Origin: Octopus vulgaris
Lineage: Eukaryota
Assembly (NCBI GenBank): GCA_951406725.2
Contig: OX597820.1
Coordinates: forward strand, 70,866,001-70,930,000
Direction: 5' to 3'
DNA length: 64,000 nucleotides
Positions 25,217 through 39,308 of the stretch are shown here, in pieces; position 1 is the stretch's first letter; every line of letters starts with the position of its first letter. The position numbers and the translations under genes were made by a program. The notes under the pieces were generated by a model. That model saw only the letters and a list, made by a program, of their open reading frames with translations, ran no database searches and had not been told where the DNA came from.

Positions 25217-25853
25217 TTCTAGAATGTTCTGCTGAATCTGCCAATTTGCCTCTTCAGTAGGTTTATATGCGACCATAAATATTTGCAGTCATGTGTCATT
25301 ATCAATAAATCAATAAACACATCAATGGCTGTTATTTAAGTATGGAAACCCATTGGAAGAAAAAGCAAAAAACAGGACTAAACGTCTTCAAGAATTTGGA
25401 TTTGATCTTGTATGTTTGGAGTTCAAATCATATTGAAATCAATCAGCTTTGCTTTTCATTTTTCTGGGGTTAATGAATATACTGAAAATAGAAATTTGCA
25501 TTGCAGCTACACTGTCTCAGGTTCAATCCCATTGCATGGTACTTTGGGAAAGTGTCTTCTACTATAGCCCTGGGACAATCAATACCTTGGGAATGAATTC
25601 AGTAAAAAGAAACTGTGTGGAATCCTGGTGTGAGTGTGTATGCATGTGAGTATGTATGTATGTATTATGTATGTGTGAGTTTGTGTATGTGTGCATGTCT
25701 TTGTGTTTGTGTTTGTCCCCCTCTTACACCATTGTGTGATGACAGGTGTTGGTTTGTTTACATTCCTGTAACTTACTGGTTCAGTAAAAGAGATCAATTG
25801 AATCAATAGCAGCCCAAACATAGTGGCCATGTTGAGGCATTGCCATTATACAG

Positions 25854-25905
<52 letters not shown>

Positions 25906-26314
25906 TGTTTTTGGAGAATTAAACACTTATCTGTATTTTTAGAGAAGAAAGATATATACTTCAACAGAAAGAAAAGATATGCTACATATCATCATCATCT
26001 TTATCACCGTCATTGTTTAACATCTGCTTGCCATGCTGGCATGGGTTGGACGGTTTGACTGAGGACTAGCAAGCCAGAAGGCAGCATCAGGCTCCAATCT
26101 GATCTGGTAATGTTTCTACAGCTGGATGCCCTTCCTAACGCCAACCACTCTGAGAGTGTGGTGGGTGCTTTTTATGCACCACCAGCACAGGAGCCAGTCA
26201 AGCAGCACTGGCATTGACAGGAGCCAGTCAAGTGGCACTGGCAACAACCACACTTGAATGGTGCTTTTTGCATGCCACCAGTAGAGGAACCAGTCAGATG
26301 GCACTGACATCAAC

Positions 26315-26381
<67 letters not shown>

Positions 26382-26953
26382 TAATTGACAGAAAGACAGA
26401 TTGATAAATATATAAATAGAGAAAGAGTGTGAGAGAGATTGATCAGCCAATAGACAGACATAGAAAGATAGAGATAGATAGATACACAGACAGACAGACA
26501 AACAGACAGACAGATGTTAAATAGATAGACACACAGACAGACAAACAAATGTTTGAACTGATGAAATGGAAGGAACTGAAAATAATCTTATGCAAATAAA
26601 TATTGTATGTGTGTGTGTGTGTGTGTATAGAACTTTACAAGATGCATCCATTGTGCATGCATATCCTGGCTTGTGAAATATTAATTTTGCAGATAACCTT
26701 AAACAGACAAACGATCATAACTGGAATGCCTTTGATTAAAGATCTATTCAATATGGACTGATATAGGGCTAAAGAATACAAGCATCACTGCCACCACCAC
26801 AACCATCGTTATCATCATCATCATCATTGTCGTCATCGTCGTCAACAACAACTATATAACCACTGCATCACATCAATAACAACCACTACCACCACCACCA
26901 GAACAACAACAACAACACAAAAATCAATAACATCTCCACCAATACAACTGATC

Positions 26954-26984
<31 letters not shown>

Positions 26985-28033
26985 CAACCATCACCACCAC
27001 ACAACCACAAGCAAAGCACAACAATCACCACCACCACCAATGCTCCTAGCACCATCAGCACCAACACCAGAACCATAGTTGTGTAATGGAATGAGACCAG
27101 AATGGTGTCTTATCTGTTAAAAATAGTCCCCAATCTCCATTAATACTCTTCTCTTCACCTACATTTTGCATTGATCACACCACCCCCACTGAACTCTCCA
27201 AGTTAACTCTCCTCTCCTACCACCTCCCCACTCCTGCAACCCACTCAGTCACATATCATCTTTCTCGTCCTTCTCCTGTCTACTATGTCATCATTACTAT
27301 TCTTCTGTTCTCCTCTCTTATTTCTGCACTGTCAGTCATCTGCTTGCCTCTACCACCTCCCAACTCGTGCATCATTGACATCTACCATTCAGTCCTACCC
27401 AGTTTTTACAAGGTCTTACCTACTTTCCCTCCACTCACTCATGCCCCAATCATCCACCCACACACACTCCCTCTTGCTTCTTATTTACTTCATATCATGA
27501 GGATTGACCTCATCACTATTTTTATCTCTTACCATCACTACCTGATCACTCACACCCTCTCTTTTAACATTAATGCTGTCACATAGCAAAAAACCTCTAC
27601 AGCAACAAACCTGTTCTGTTCTAGAACCTTCTCTCATATTGTGACCCCTTCATCTTCTAATGTAAATCCACCCCTTCAGGATTCATAGTACTGCAAGCTG
27701 CATGACAAACTCACTAGTGCTGGTGGCATGGAAAAAGCATCCAGTACATGGTGTAAAATGCTTGACATTAGGAAGGGCATCCAGCTGTAGAAGCAAGTAG
27801 ATATTGAAGCTGAATGCAGCCCTCTGGCTCATTGGAGTCTGTCGAAACTTCCAGCCCATGCCAGCATAGAACACGATAATGAGGATGATGATCATTTCAT
27901 CTTTACAATAGATATACTGCATCACTATGTGTTGTGACTAAAGGCATTCAGCCATAAAACACAGCCTTAGAATATTTGATCAACCAATGCCAGCATGGAA
28001 AAGCAGAAGTAAAACAATGATGATGATACAGTA

Positions 28034-28100
<67 letters not shown>

Positions 28101-28125
28101 ATATATATATACACACATACATACC

Positions 28126-28157
<32 letters not shown>

Positions 28158-28448
28158 CAAATTGAGATAGGGGTTGTAAATGCAACCCTCCATGGGATAA
28201 CATATATCCATACTTATATTTATATTTACTTATATTTATATTCTCTTTTTTATATATATTCTACTTATTATACAACATTACTCTTTTATGTACACTTTTT
28301 TATGTACATTCCTTTATGTACACTGATTTGTTCTGCTTTTTTATGTTTAACCCTACAGTCTCATATGTGGTGGTTTAATAAAGTATGTGATTGAGTATTA
28401 TCTGGTGATTGATATTTGATTTAGATGTATTTCTCCATTTTCTTATCT

Positions 28449-28490
<42 letters not shown>

Positions 28491-28581
28491 TCTTAGGTAG
28501 CAAAAAATATTTTTAGAAAAATTCTTTGTTACCAGGTCTAGTGAGAAGGAAAAATTTAGTCAATAGACTATATATTATACT

Positions 28582-28962
28582 TAGAAAAATACAGTGTACA
28601 TTTAAACACATAAGAGATGACCAATAGTAGGACATCTGACTCACTAGATAGAGCAGTTAAAACTCCAAGCCACAATATAGACACGAGGCATGTTACTTAT
28701 CGCCTCGTGCCTATATGTTGATCCCTGGTATCCTACTGACGAAGCAACACCAGATGTAATTTTAAATTATTTTATTTTAATTAATATAAGATTGCAGAAA
28801 CTATGCATAGTCCAGGAAAAATAAGGTAAATGTTTTTATTTTTCATTCCCTTTCAGAATTGCAACTATTTGTGGCTTGAAGTTTTAACTGCTCTTTCTAG
28901 TGAGTCAGATGTCCCACTATTGGTCATCTCTTATGTGTTTAAATGTACAATGTATTTTTCTA
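28582..28962 (+). mobile_element. Inverted-repeat element (PLE pseudo-LTR-like) enclosing a hammerhead
   Basis: ~99-bp inverted arms 28582-28680 and 28865-28962, flanked by (TA)n. Confidence 0.75.
28731..28817 (+). ncRNA. Type I hammerhead ribozyme motif
   Basis: tccta-CTGACGA(28736-28742)-a-gcaa..ttgc-a-GAAA(28797-28800)-ctatgcata-GTC(28810-28812)-cagga; palindromic stem III, one mismatch at base of stem I. Confidence 0.65.
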
Positions 28963-29015
<53 letters not shown>

Positions 29016-30140
29016 TGTTTTCTTCTTTTACTTGTTTCAGTCATCTGACTGTGACCATGCTAGAGCACCACCTTGATGGGTTTTAGCCAAACAAATTAAC
29101 CACAGGACTTCATTTTTTTTAAAACCTAGTAATTACTCTATCAGTCTCTTTTGCCAAACTGCTAAGTTACAGGGACATAAACACATCAACACTGGTTGTC
29201 GTGCAGTGATGTGGAAACAAACACAGACACAAAGACATACACACAGAGATATATACATGCATATATATATATATATATATAACACAACGTAAGTTAGGGG
29301 TTATGGGTGTAACCCACTAAGGGATAGTATTTATCCAATATATATATATGTGGAGGTGCAATGGCCCAGTGGTTAGGGCAGCGGACTCGCAGTCGTAAGA
29401 TCGCAGTTTCGATTCCCAGACCGAGCGTTGTGAGTGTTTATCGAGCAAAAACACCTAAAAAGCTCTACGAGGCTCTGGCAGCGGATGGTGGCAGTCCCTG
29501 CTGTACTCTTTCGCCACAACTTTCTCTCACTCTTTCTTCTGTTGGCCTGCTTGCTTAGCCAGCAGGGTGGTGTCATTTGAAGGCTAAAACAATGCGAAGT
29601 GCATTGTGACCAGCGATGTGTAGCAACATCTGATAGTCTGGTCGGCCACGGTGATATCGTGCTTCTTTCAGTTTCCATCTGCCAAATCCACTTACAAGGC
29701 TTTGGTTGATCCAAGGCTATAGTAGAAGATGTGCCCAAGGTACCACACAGTGGGACTGAATCTGGAAACATACGGTTGGGAAACAAATTTCTTACAACAC
29801 GGCCACAGTACCTATCTCTATCACCCTGTTATTCTTTTAATTATTCATCAACTGGCACAAAGCCGCCTCCCTCGATACAATCCCCTCCCCTCCACCCATC
29901 AGTCTTAGAAGTTGCTTGGTAACCCTGCAAGTGCTTGTGCTACTAAAAAAAGTGCCCAGTACACTCTGTAAAATGGAAGGTTGGGATTAGGATGGGCATC
30001 AAGCTGTAGAAACCATGGCAACAAGGGCAACAGAGGTTGGCACAGTCCTCTGGTTTATTGGCTCTTGTCACATCGCCCTACCCATGCCAGCATGGAAAAT
30101 GGCCATTAAAGGCTGCTGCTGCTGCTCCTGGTACCACTGA

Positions 30141-31263
<1,123 letters not shown>

Positions 31264-32659
31264 GTATACAATGGATAATCTCTGGTTCATATAATGGTTG
31301 GTTGACTGGTCGGATGGCTGGTTGGCTGGTTATTATCTTCTCTGATATTGATATTGATTCTTTTGTTGCCAAAGTTCAATATTTAGGCTCATTCAATATT
31401 TCTCCTTGTTCACCCATACATGTGGTATGCGCATGCGCGCACATCTGTGTGTGTGTGTGTGTGTGTCTGTGTATACGTCTGTCTGTATATCAATTACAGT
31501 CATCCACTTACTCACTTACTTACTTGCAATAAACTTGTTCGTTATTTAAGTTTAATAATACATCATGCTAATGACATTAAAATATTTTCAACTTGATATG
31601 CTCTCACTTTATACGATTTCAACCTGAGAGCGTTATTTAACCTTCGGTGAATGTGCTGTGCATAGTAGTCTAGTTAATACAGCTATGGGGAAAAAGTTAT
31701 TTCAATGATCAGGTAGAATGTGTCAATAAAATATGGAAAAATTTTCCCACTCAACAGATACATTGATATTCAGATGCTATAGCTAAGGAAAAATAAAGAT
31801 ATGCACATATTCCTAGATAACTTTTGATTTTCAATTGGAATTCTTCTCTACTATCATCAAGTCTTATTCCTTATTCCTCTGCCAAAAGCTTTTGTGATGC
31901 TTATTCTCTCTCCACCACTGTTTATTAGTTTATGTAAAAATGCCAAAATTGATCATATCAGTGAATTTTTATCAATATTCATTAGATCTAATGTCCTCTT
32001 ATGCTAATCCTATATCTTCCACTTTACTCGTTTGAATGGTGAAATGAATAACAAGTTATTTAGAGTTAGGAGTTAGAAAGAAAAGTTGTGTTTTGCAGTT
32101 CTGACTGAGTGCAGATTATTCGGGCTTTTTTTTTTGCTTTTTCTTTTTTCATTAATATTTTTAATGAATTTTATTCTAAACAGGCAGCATATGTAAAGTA
32201 AAGCAATTTTTCATTCAACTCCTTTCCTGACAGCCATGCTAAAATGGCTTACTGCTGAGGTTAACTCTCTTTTCATTTTTAGTCTCTTACGTGCATTTTT
32301 GATGGCTACTACATAGGGATGCGCGTTAATGCTAGAGATGGGAAAGCATCCAGCTGGTTTTTATAGCAGATTGTATTTCCCTCCATTTTACTACCAGTTT
32401 AACACATTACTGATGAGGGAGCTTTTAACATAATTGCTCAACCTGCAAGAAATTACAACAAAATCTCATTTTCTTCAAATCTGATCATTCTGTCTTAAAA
32501 AAGAATGCTATTTTGGAAATTGTGGTCCTGGCTGCATTATTGTTCAGTAAGAAGATGGGATAGTCATAGTTGGAATGTCTTTGATTATAGGTTCTCCTCA
32601 GTTAGTGCTAGCCCATGACTAAATAACAACATAACAATTACAGATACAAAGTACTCAAG

Positions 32660-32948
32660 AGCAAAGGTACCGGGGCCTCAAGGAGTAGCGTCCCTGCCTT
32701 CCTGAGCTAGTTTTCCACCACATTTCTTAAAAATCATGGTAGAGGCCTTGGTCTCGGGACCACTCGTGTCTAGAAACTGAGGTTGGGGGTAAGCAAGGGC
32801 ACACTTCCTGGAGAAAATCCAGCTCCAAAAATGCTTCATGATAGAAAGGGAGAATGAGCACCAGCCAGCCCAAAGGTTGGGGGGGGGGGGGGCTGCACCT
32901 GCCTGCCTCAGTTGCTATGGCATTGAGGTAGATCCAGGATGATGATGA
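32660..32948 (+). mobile_element. Unclassified retroposon with (GAT)n tail
   Basis: Shares gttgctatggcattgaggtag..cc with 7120-7200; gggggtaagcaagggca motif resembles RTE-linked SINEs. Confidence 0.45.
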
Positions 32949-33623
32949 AAGGGAAAATAGTGCCAGTTATTTGTGAGATTGGACAAATATGCTCTCGCTT
33001 TTGCTTGGCTTTCTTAAGCATTCTTTAATCAAGTATACCCTTTGTCATTATGGATTTATTCTCAATTAATTACAGTTATAAAGTTAATTATTGCAACATT
33101 ACTTATAACAGCAATTGCTTTAGTATTTATTTTCCACTAAGAAAATAAATATTTCTATTATTTCATTTGTGCTTTATATCGCTTTGTCACACTAACATAC
33201 ATACATACATTATTAGTCCATGTAAAAATAATAAACACTTCTCTCACTATTGACCTAGCAGACGCGTGAATGACAATACTTCACTGATGAGGTCTAATCA
33301 AACCAAAACAGCCTGGAGTCGTTAGTCTGATTGCCATAAATTAGATTATTTTCTTCCTATTTTCCAATTTACCTATTTCCAATTTTAGTGGACTCTTAGG
33401 CATCAACTCTTAAAGATTCTTTATGTTTTCAAATTGTTGTTCTAATCACAGTTTGACTGAGTTAAGTATTGTTTCACAGGCACAGGCATGGCTGTGTGAG
33501 TTAAGGAGCTTGCTTTGCAACTATGTGCTTTTGGGTTCAATCCTACTGCATAGCACCTTGGGCAAAAGTCTTTTACTATAGCTTTGAGCCAACAAATTCC
33601 TTGTGAGTAAAAACAGTAGACAG

Positions 33624-34582
33624 TGTATGGAAAAGAACACTCAAGTCTGTTGAGATCTTGATAAACAATTCATACTTTTCGTACACAAAAAGATGAATGT
33701 TGCTGTTACTACAAATGACAAAATGTTGAGAGGGCTTTTGTTCTTGGTCTAGTTGTAGCAGCAGATAAAATGATGTTAGTTACTTGCCAAATACTGACTT
33801 TTAATGGCATTCCTCTGACTGCTCATCGCCTTTCTGTTGTCAGCTGCTGTCCACCATCTCTGTTGGTCAACTCCTAAAGTGTCTGTCTATCAATGCTCTC
33901 TCTTCTGCATCCCCAAACTCTCTGTTGTAACAGGATGAGAATTCAGGAACACTGGAGGGGTGTCTGGTCTGACTCTGTCACATTCAATTCAAGTTGAAGA
34001 AACAGAGACAAAGTCAGGCTGTCTTCAATAACAGTAAGTGGTGGTTTATTCTGCGGTTTACAGGCAAAACATGTACACATGTATTTCTTGTGGGGAAACA
34101 GGCAGCCGAATCCACAGGACTGGTTACAATGTTCTCTCGTGCGAGTCAAGATGATTTGGTGTTCGTTCCCGCTTCGTTGGGGTGAGGTTCTCTGTGCGTA
34201 GGGTTGTTCCCTGAGAGAAAGTCAAGCCACGTCCGACCGGTAGCGCTTGCTCTGCCAGAAAAGACCGATTCAGCGGTCAGGCTTTCAGGTTGCAGTTCCT
34301 GCACATGTGCATGAGGAAACTTCCGGTGGCCAACCGGAAGTAATCCAATTCTGCGCATGTGTGCTGAAACTTACACAGTAGCGTCACTACGCTGTCTTGT
34401 AGTCATGGTGTGTTGAGTTTTACACTGGTCGATAAGCTCAGAACGAAACTAACCTAAAACGAAAAAAAGTTGTTGCCAGAGCCTATTTGACGTGGAGTTG
34501 TGAATGATCAGATTCTGTTGATCACATGGGCAATATTCTAGTGAATCGTGATGTCAAGCCATTGCTGAACATTCCCGCTACA
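33624..34582 (-). mobile_element. Solo LTR-like insertion (959 bp) splitting a SINE A copy
   Basis: TGTA...TACA termini; SINE A breaks at 33623 and resumes at 34583; flanks ACAG/ATGG are both CpG-decay products of the SINE consensus ACGG (4-bp TSD); AATAAA on - strand at 34050-34045. Confidence 0.7.
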
Positions 34583-37500
34583 ATGGAAACTGTGTGGAAG
34601 CTCATCGTATATGTGTATATGTGTGTGCATCATTATGTTTGTGTTTGTGCTCCCCACCACCACTTGACTACAGGTGTTGGTTTGTTTACATCACAGCAAC
34701 TTTGCAGTTTGCCAAAAGAGACCAATTGAATAAATACCAGATTTAAAATTCAAGTACTTGAGTCAATTTGTTCTACTAAACCCTTTGACACGGTGCTCCA
34801 GCATGGCCACGGTTCAATCACTGAAACAAGTAAATGAGTTAACTCACCTCAACACAACCATAACCTCAGTCAATTAAAGCTACCATGTTTGCTACATTAA
34901 TTAATTTTATTACTCCTGCCCCAAGACATAGCATAGCAGCTACAACAGAGCATGAACTCATGCCTACACTGTTTGTAGCCAAACACCCCTAACCACACAA
35001 CAATTTTGCTTCACCATTTTAGACAACAAAATATTGTTTTAGATAATTTCATTATAGATTTTATTTAATAAAATAAATGTTTCAGTTCAGATTCTATGAA
35101 ATTATTATTACTGTTATTTTTAAAAAATATTATTGTATTTTTATTTTAGTTATTTTTTTTCGTATTCGCTCAAGGAAATTATTATGAATTCTAAATTTCT
35201 ATCTAAAAATAGAAATACAGAGACTGTAGACTGCAAAATTGTTATTTCCTTGTTGCTTCCCCCTTCAAAGCCATAAAAAAAAAAAATTAAAATTAAAAAA
35301 AATGTCATATTTTCGATTCAGACTGTAAATTTTCTGTTGTAAGAAGAAAGAAGCCTTAGTTTTTAGCAATCTGCTTTAAGAAATTTATATGGCATTTGAC
35401 TTTCTTGGCAACCATCCATTGAAGTGAAAATGTAAGGAGGTAAAAAAAACAAACAACAAAATATATAAAAATTACAAAATAAGGTCTTGACTTTCATTGT
35501 TATAGCAGAATATATCATCATCATCGTCATCATCATCGTCAGTCATCATTATCAGTCATCATCATCAGCGTCAAAAGTCATCGGAGCCATCATTATCAGA
35601 GTTATTGTTGCCTACATCATCATCATCGTCATCATCACTGTCGTCGTCATCATTGTTGTCTACATTATCGTCATCATCATCATCACCATGGTTAATATGA
35701 TCATTTATCATTATTGTTTACATCATTATCACCACAATCGTCATCAGCAGTAACAGCATCACTATCGTCATCTTCATAATCATCATCGTTGTCGTCATCG
35801 TTGTCGCCGTCATCATCATCATGGTCACCATCATCATCACCCTTGTCATCATTGTAATCAACCTCATTTAACATCTGGGTTGGGCAGTTTGAGAGAGTCT
35901 TACAAGTGAGGAGACTGCTTCATATGCCAATGTTTATCTTGACATAGTTCCTTTCGGATGAATGCCCTTACTAATGCCAATCTCTGAATGTACTGGATGT
36001 ATTTCATTTTTTTCTTCTGTGTGACACCAGCATTAGTGATGATCACCTCAAATACGTATATATACAGAGAGAGAGAGAGAGATTTTAGATAAGTTCCTCA
36101 CTCCATTCTTATGCTTGATTCTTGACATAGTTTGACAACAACCATTATAATTTCTGATATGTTAACCATATAAAACACCAAATAGAAAAGGAACACAGGT
36201 ATCATACCAGTTTTTATGCTTTATATAATGTACACATGTTTCAGAAAGCCAACTAGTATTAATTACGATATATATATTTATGCTGAGACCCCTTTGGTCA
36301 TGACTGACCATGGGATTGCGCCTAGAAAGTTACCCACCCAGGTACAAGTCTGAGCAAGGTTGCTTATAGAAGACCAGCCGTCACCCATGCATACCGGCCT
36401 CCCCTCTCCATGCCAACAGTGTTATCCAAGGGAAAGGCAAAGGCCAATACAGCTTGGCACCTGTGATGCTGCAACTCATTTCTACAGCTGAGTGTCTTGC
36501 TCAAGAACTCAACATGCAACCTCGTCCAGGATTCAAACTCAAAACCTCACGATTGTAAGTTGCCACCCTAACCACTGAGCCATGCGCCTTCACTATATAT
36601 GTATATATAGTGTGTGTACAGTTAAAGTTTGGCTCCATGTAGATTATTATAGTCCATTCAGCTTCCAGTACAGTGGTTAGTTCGCGTCTTGACTCAGTAG
36701 GGTTATTAGTTATGATATATAAAAAGCATATATACTGGAAATTAAGACAAACACCAGTATGAGTGTTTAGTTTGGAACTAAATATCTATACTGGTATTTG
36801 TATTAATTTCCACTATCCATAATAATAAAAGCAAAACTCTGTCTGTCTGCCTGAGACCTCTGTATCTCAGCCTACATTTGCTCTACATAATCATATTCTT
36901 TTCTACTCTAGGCACATGGCCTGAAATTTTGGGGAAGGAGGCCAGTCAATTAGATCGACACCAGTATGCAACTGGTACTTAATTTATTGATCCCGAAAGA
37001 ATAAAAGGTAAAGTCAACCTCAGCGGAACTGAGTATATGAAGACAGAATATAAAACATTTCACCCAACATGTTAATGTTTCTGCCAGCTTGCCAAAGTTA
37101 TACCTTTTTGGAATCAGGATGATCCCAGGATAAAAAAATCTGCCCTTCATTTGCTTCTTGAACATCCAACACTGGGATCTGATCTAAAAGCAGTTCAGTT
37201 GCTACTTCTAGCAGGTAGTGTTTGGCTGATTCCCATAATCTTGGTTGGTGTTTGTTAGAAAACGTTGGAGATGAAGGGGTAGATAAATGACATTCACTTC
37301 ATTAATTTTACATCGAGAAAGCACCATTTGAGCATGGCCGCTGTCAGTACTGCCTGACTGGCCTTCATGCCAGTGGGACATAAAAGCACTCAGTGCAGAC
37401 TTTTAGGCTAGCTCCTGTGGAGGGCTAATTGAACTTGTGGCCCAAAACTAAAGAGATCTAAATAGCATGACTATAATACATCTACAATGACTATATGCCC

Positions 37501-37619
37501 TGTTGGTGTTTGATTAGGGGTTAAGGATGAATGAGAATTAATTCTGTAATGCCATCATTCTATTGTTCCAGTCCCAAGTTGAATTCCAATTGTTGGCCAA
37601 TTTGTCCAAAAGTTCTTAT

Positions 37620-38100
37620 CATCATCATCATCATCATCATCATCGTTTAACATCTGCTTTCCATGCTAGCATGGGTTGGACGATTTAACTGAGGACTGGT
37701 GAACCAGATGGCTGCACCAGGTTCCAATCTGATCAGGCAAAGTTTCTACAGCTGGATGCCCTTCCTAACGCCAACCACTCTGAGAGTGTAGTGGGTGCTT
37801 TTACGTGCCACCAGCACAAGGTACTAGCAACAGCCATGCTCAAATGGTGTTTTTTACGTGCCACCTGCACAGGAGCCAATCCAGCAGCACTGGCAATGAC
37901 CTTGCTCGAATGTTTCTTCACGTACCACTGGCCCAAGTGCCAGTAAGGTGACACTGGTAATGATCACACTCAAATGGTGCTTTTTGCATGCCACCAGCAT
38001 GGAAGCCAGTCAGCTGCTCTGGCAACGATCACACTCAGATGGTGCTCTTAGCACTCCACTAGCACAGATACCAGAAATCGAATTTGATTTCGATTTTGAT
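37620..38100 (-). mobile_element. RTE 3' UTR fragment with tandem ~60-bp units
   Basis: Repeated ggtgctttttacgtgccacc..gagccagtca..ctggcaa units; similar fragments at 15340-15492, 26000-26315, 39525-39770, 42760-43190(+), 45500-46010, 48197-48368(+), 56018-56160(+). Confidence 0.85.
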
Positions 38101-38304
38101 TTTGATGCGTATGTTTGATATATGTGTGTGAGTGTGTATGTGTATAGGAAGAATTCACAAAAAAACAAACAGATGTATTAGTTTATATATAATGGAATAG
38201 TTACCATGAAGCATTGTGTAGAATATATTGTATAAAGGCTCATGGGTAAGACCAGAACTATGTGTAGTAAAAGCAAGGCAAATCACATGAAAGCAAATAA
38301 TATG

Positions 38305-38530
38305 TATTAATGTAGACTTACCTTGCATTTAATATTTCGAGGTTATGAACTCATTCTCAAGAAATTAATGAATGTTGCAGATGTGCGTGTGTGTGTGTGA
38401 GTGTGTAACTTCCCGTGCATGTCCACTCCACACACACAAACACACATGCACATCTGCAACATTCATTAATTTCTTGAGGATGGGGATCATAACCCCGGAA
38501 TATTGAATGCAAGGTAGGTGTACATTAATT
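38305..38530. repeat. Inverted repeat, ~95-bp arms
   Basis: attaatgtagacttaccttgcatt..caagaaattaatgaatgttgcagatgtgc versus gcacatctgcaacattcattaatttcttg..aatgcaaggtaggtgtacattaat. Confidence 0.85.
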
Positions 38531-39260
38531 TATATATATATATAAATGAAAAAAAAGTATTGTAAATAAAAAAATGACTGGTAAAAATGTATAATGTATA
38601 CTGAGTGTACAACCGGATTGGTGGTCCCTAATTATTCATCAGTTATCAATCAGATGGTATTACTCAATTTTGCACCATTATGTAATATATATATATATAT
38701 GTATATATATATGTTTGTATATACATATATATATATATATACGTATATATGTATGTACATACATATACATATATATATATGTACATACATACATATACAT
38801 ATATATGTATTATAAACATTTACTTACTCACATACACAGACACAAACATATGCACACACACGCACACATATACATACACGCATATATACTCGTGTGTGTG
38901 TGTGCATTGTTTGTGTGTGCATTGTTTGTGTGTGCCATTGTCCTGACATCTTGTTATGGTTATTAAAAAAACTATGACTGTCTTAGAAGAGATTCTGTTT
39001 GTTTCCAGTTTTCTGTGAAACACATGACTTCCCATGGGAAATATCGATTCGCTTGGAAGCAAGTGAGGGTTGGCCAATGCAAACATAGAAAAGATGGATG
39101 CTAGGCTGGCTGTGTGGTTAGAAGCTAGCTTCCCCAATCACATGGTACTGGGTTCAGTCCCACTGTGTGCCACCTTGGGCAAGTGCCTTCAACTATAATC
39201 TTGGGCAGACTAAAGCCTTGTGAGTGAATTTGGTAGATGGAAACTATATATATATATATA

Positions 39261-39308
<48 letters not shown>

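Noticed and set aside
32283-32366. Cryptic alternative exon after ttttcatttttag
   Set aside because: Short frame ending in a stop, no donor or homology evidence.
37795-38060. CRISPR-like regularly spaced repeats
   Set aside because: Whole ~60-bp units are homologous (no unique spacers), eukaryotic context, part of RTE 3' UTR.
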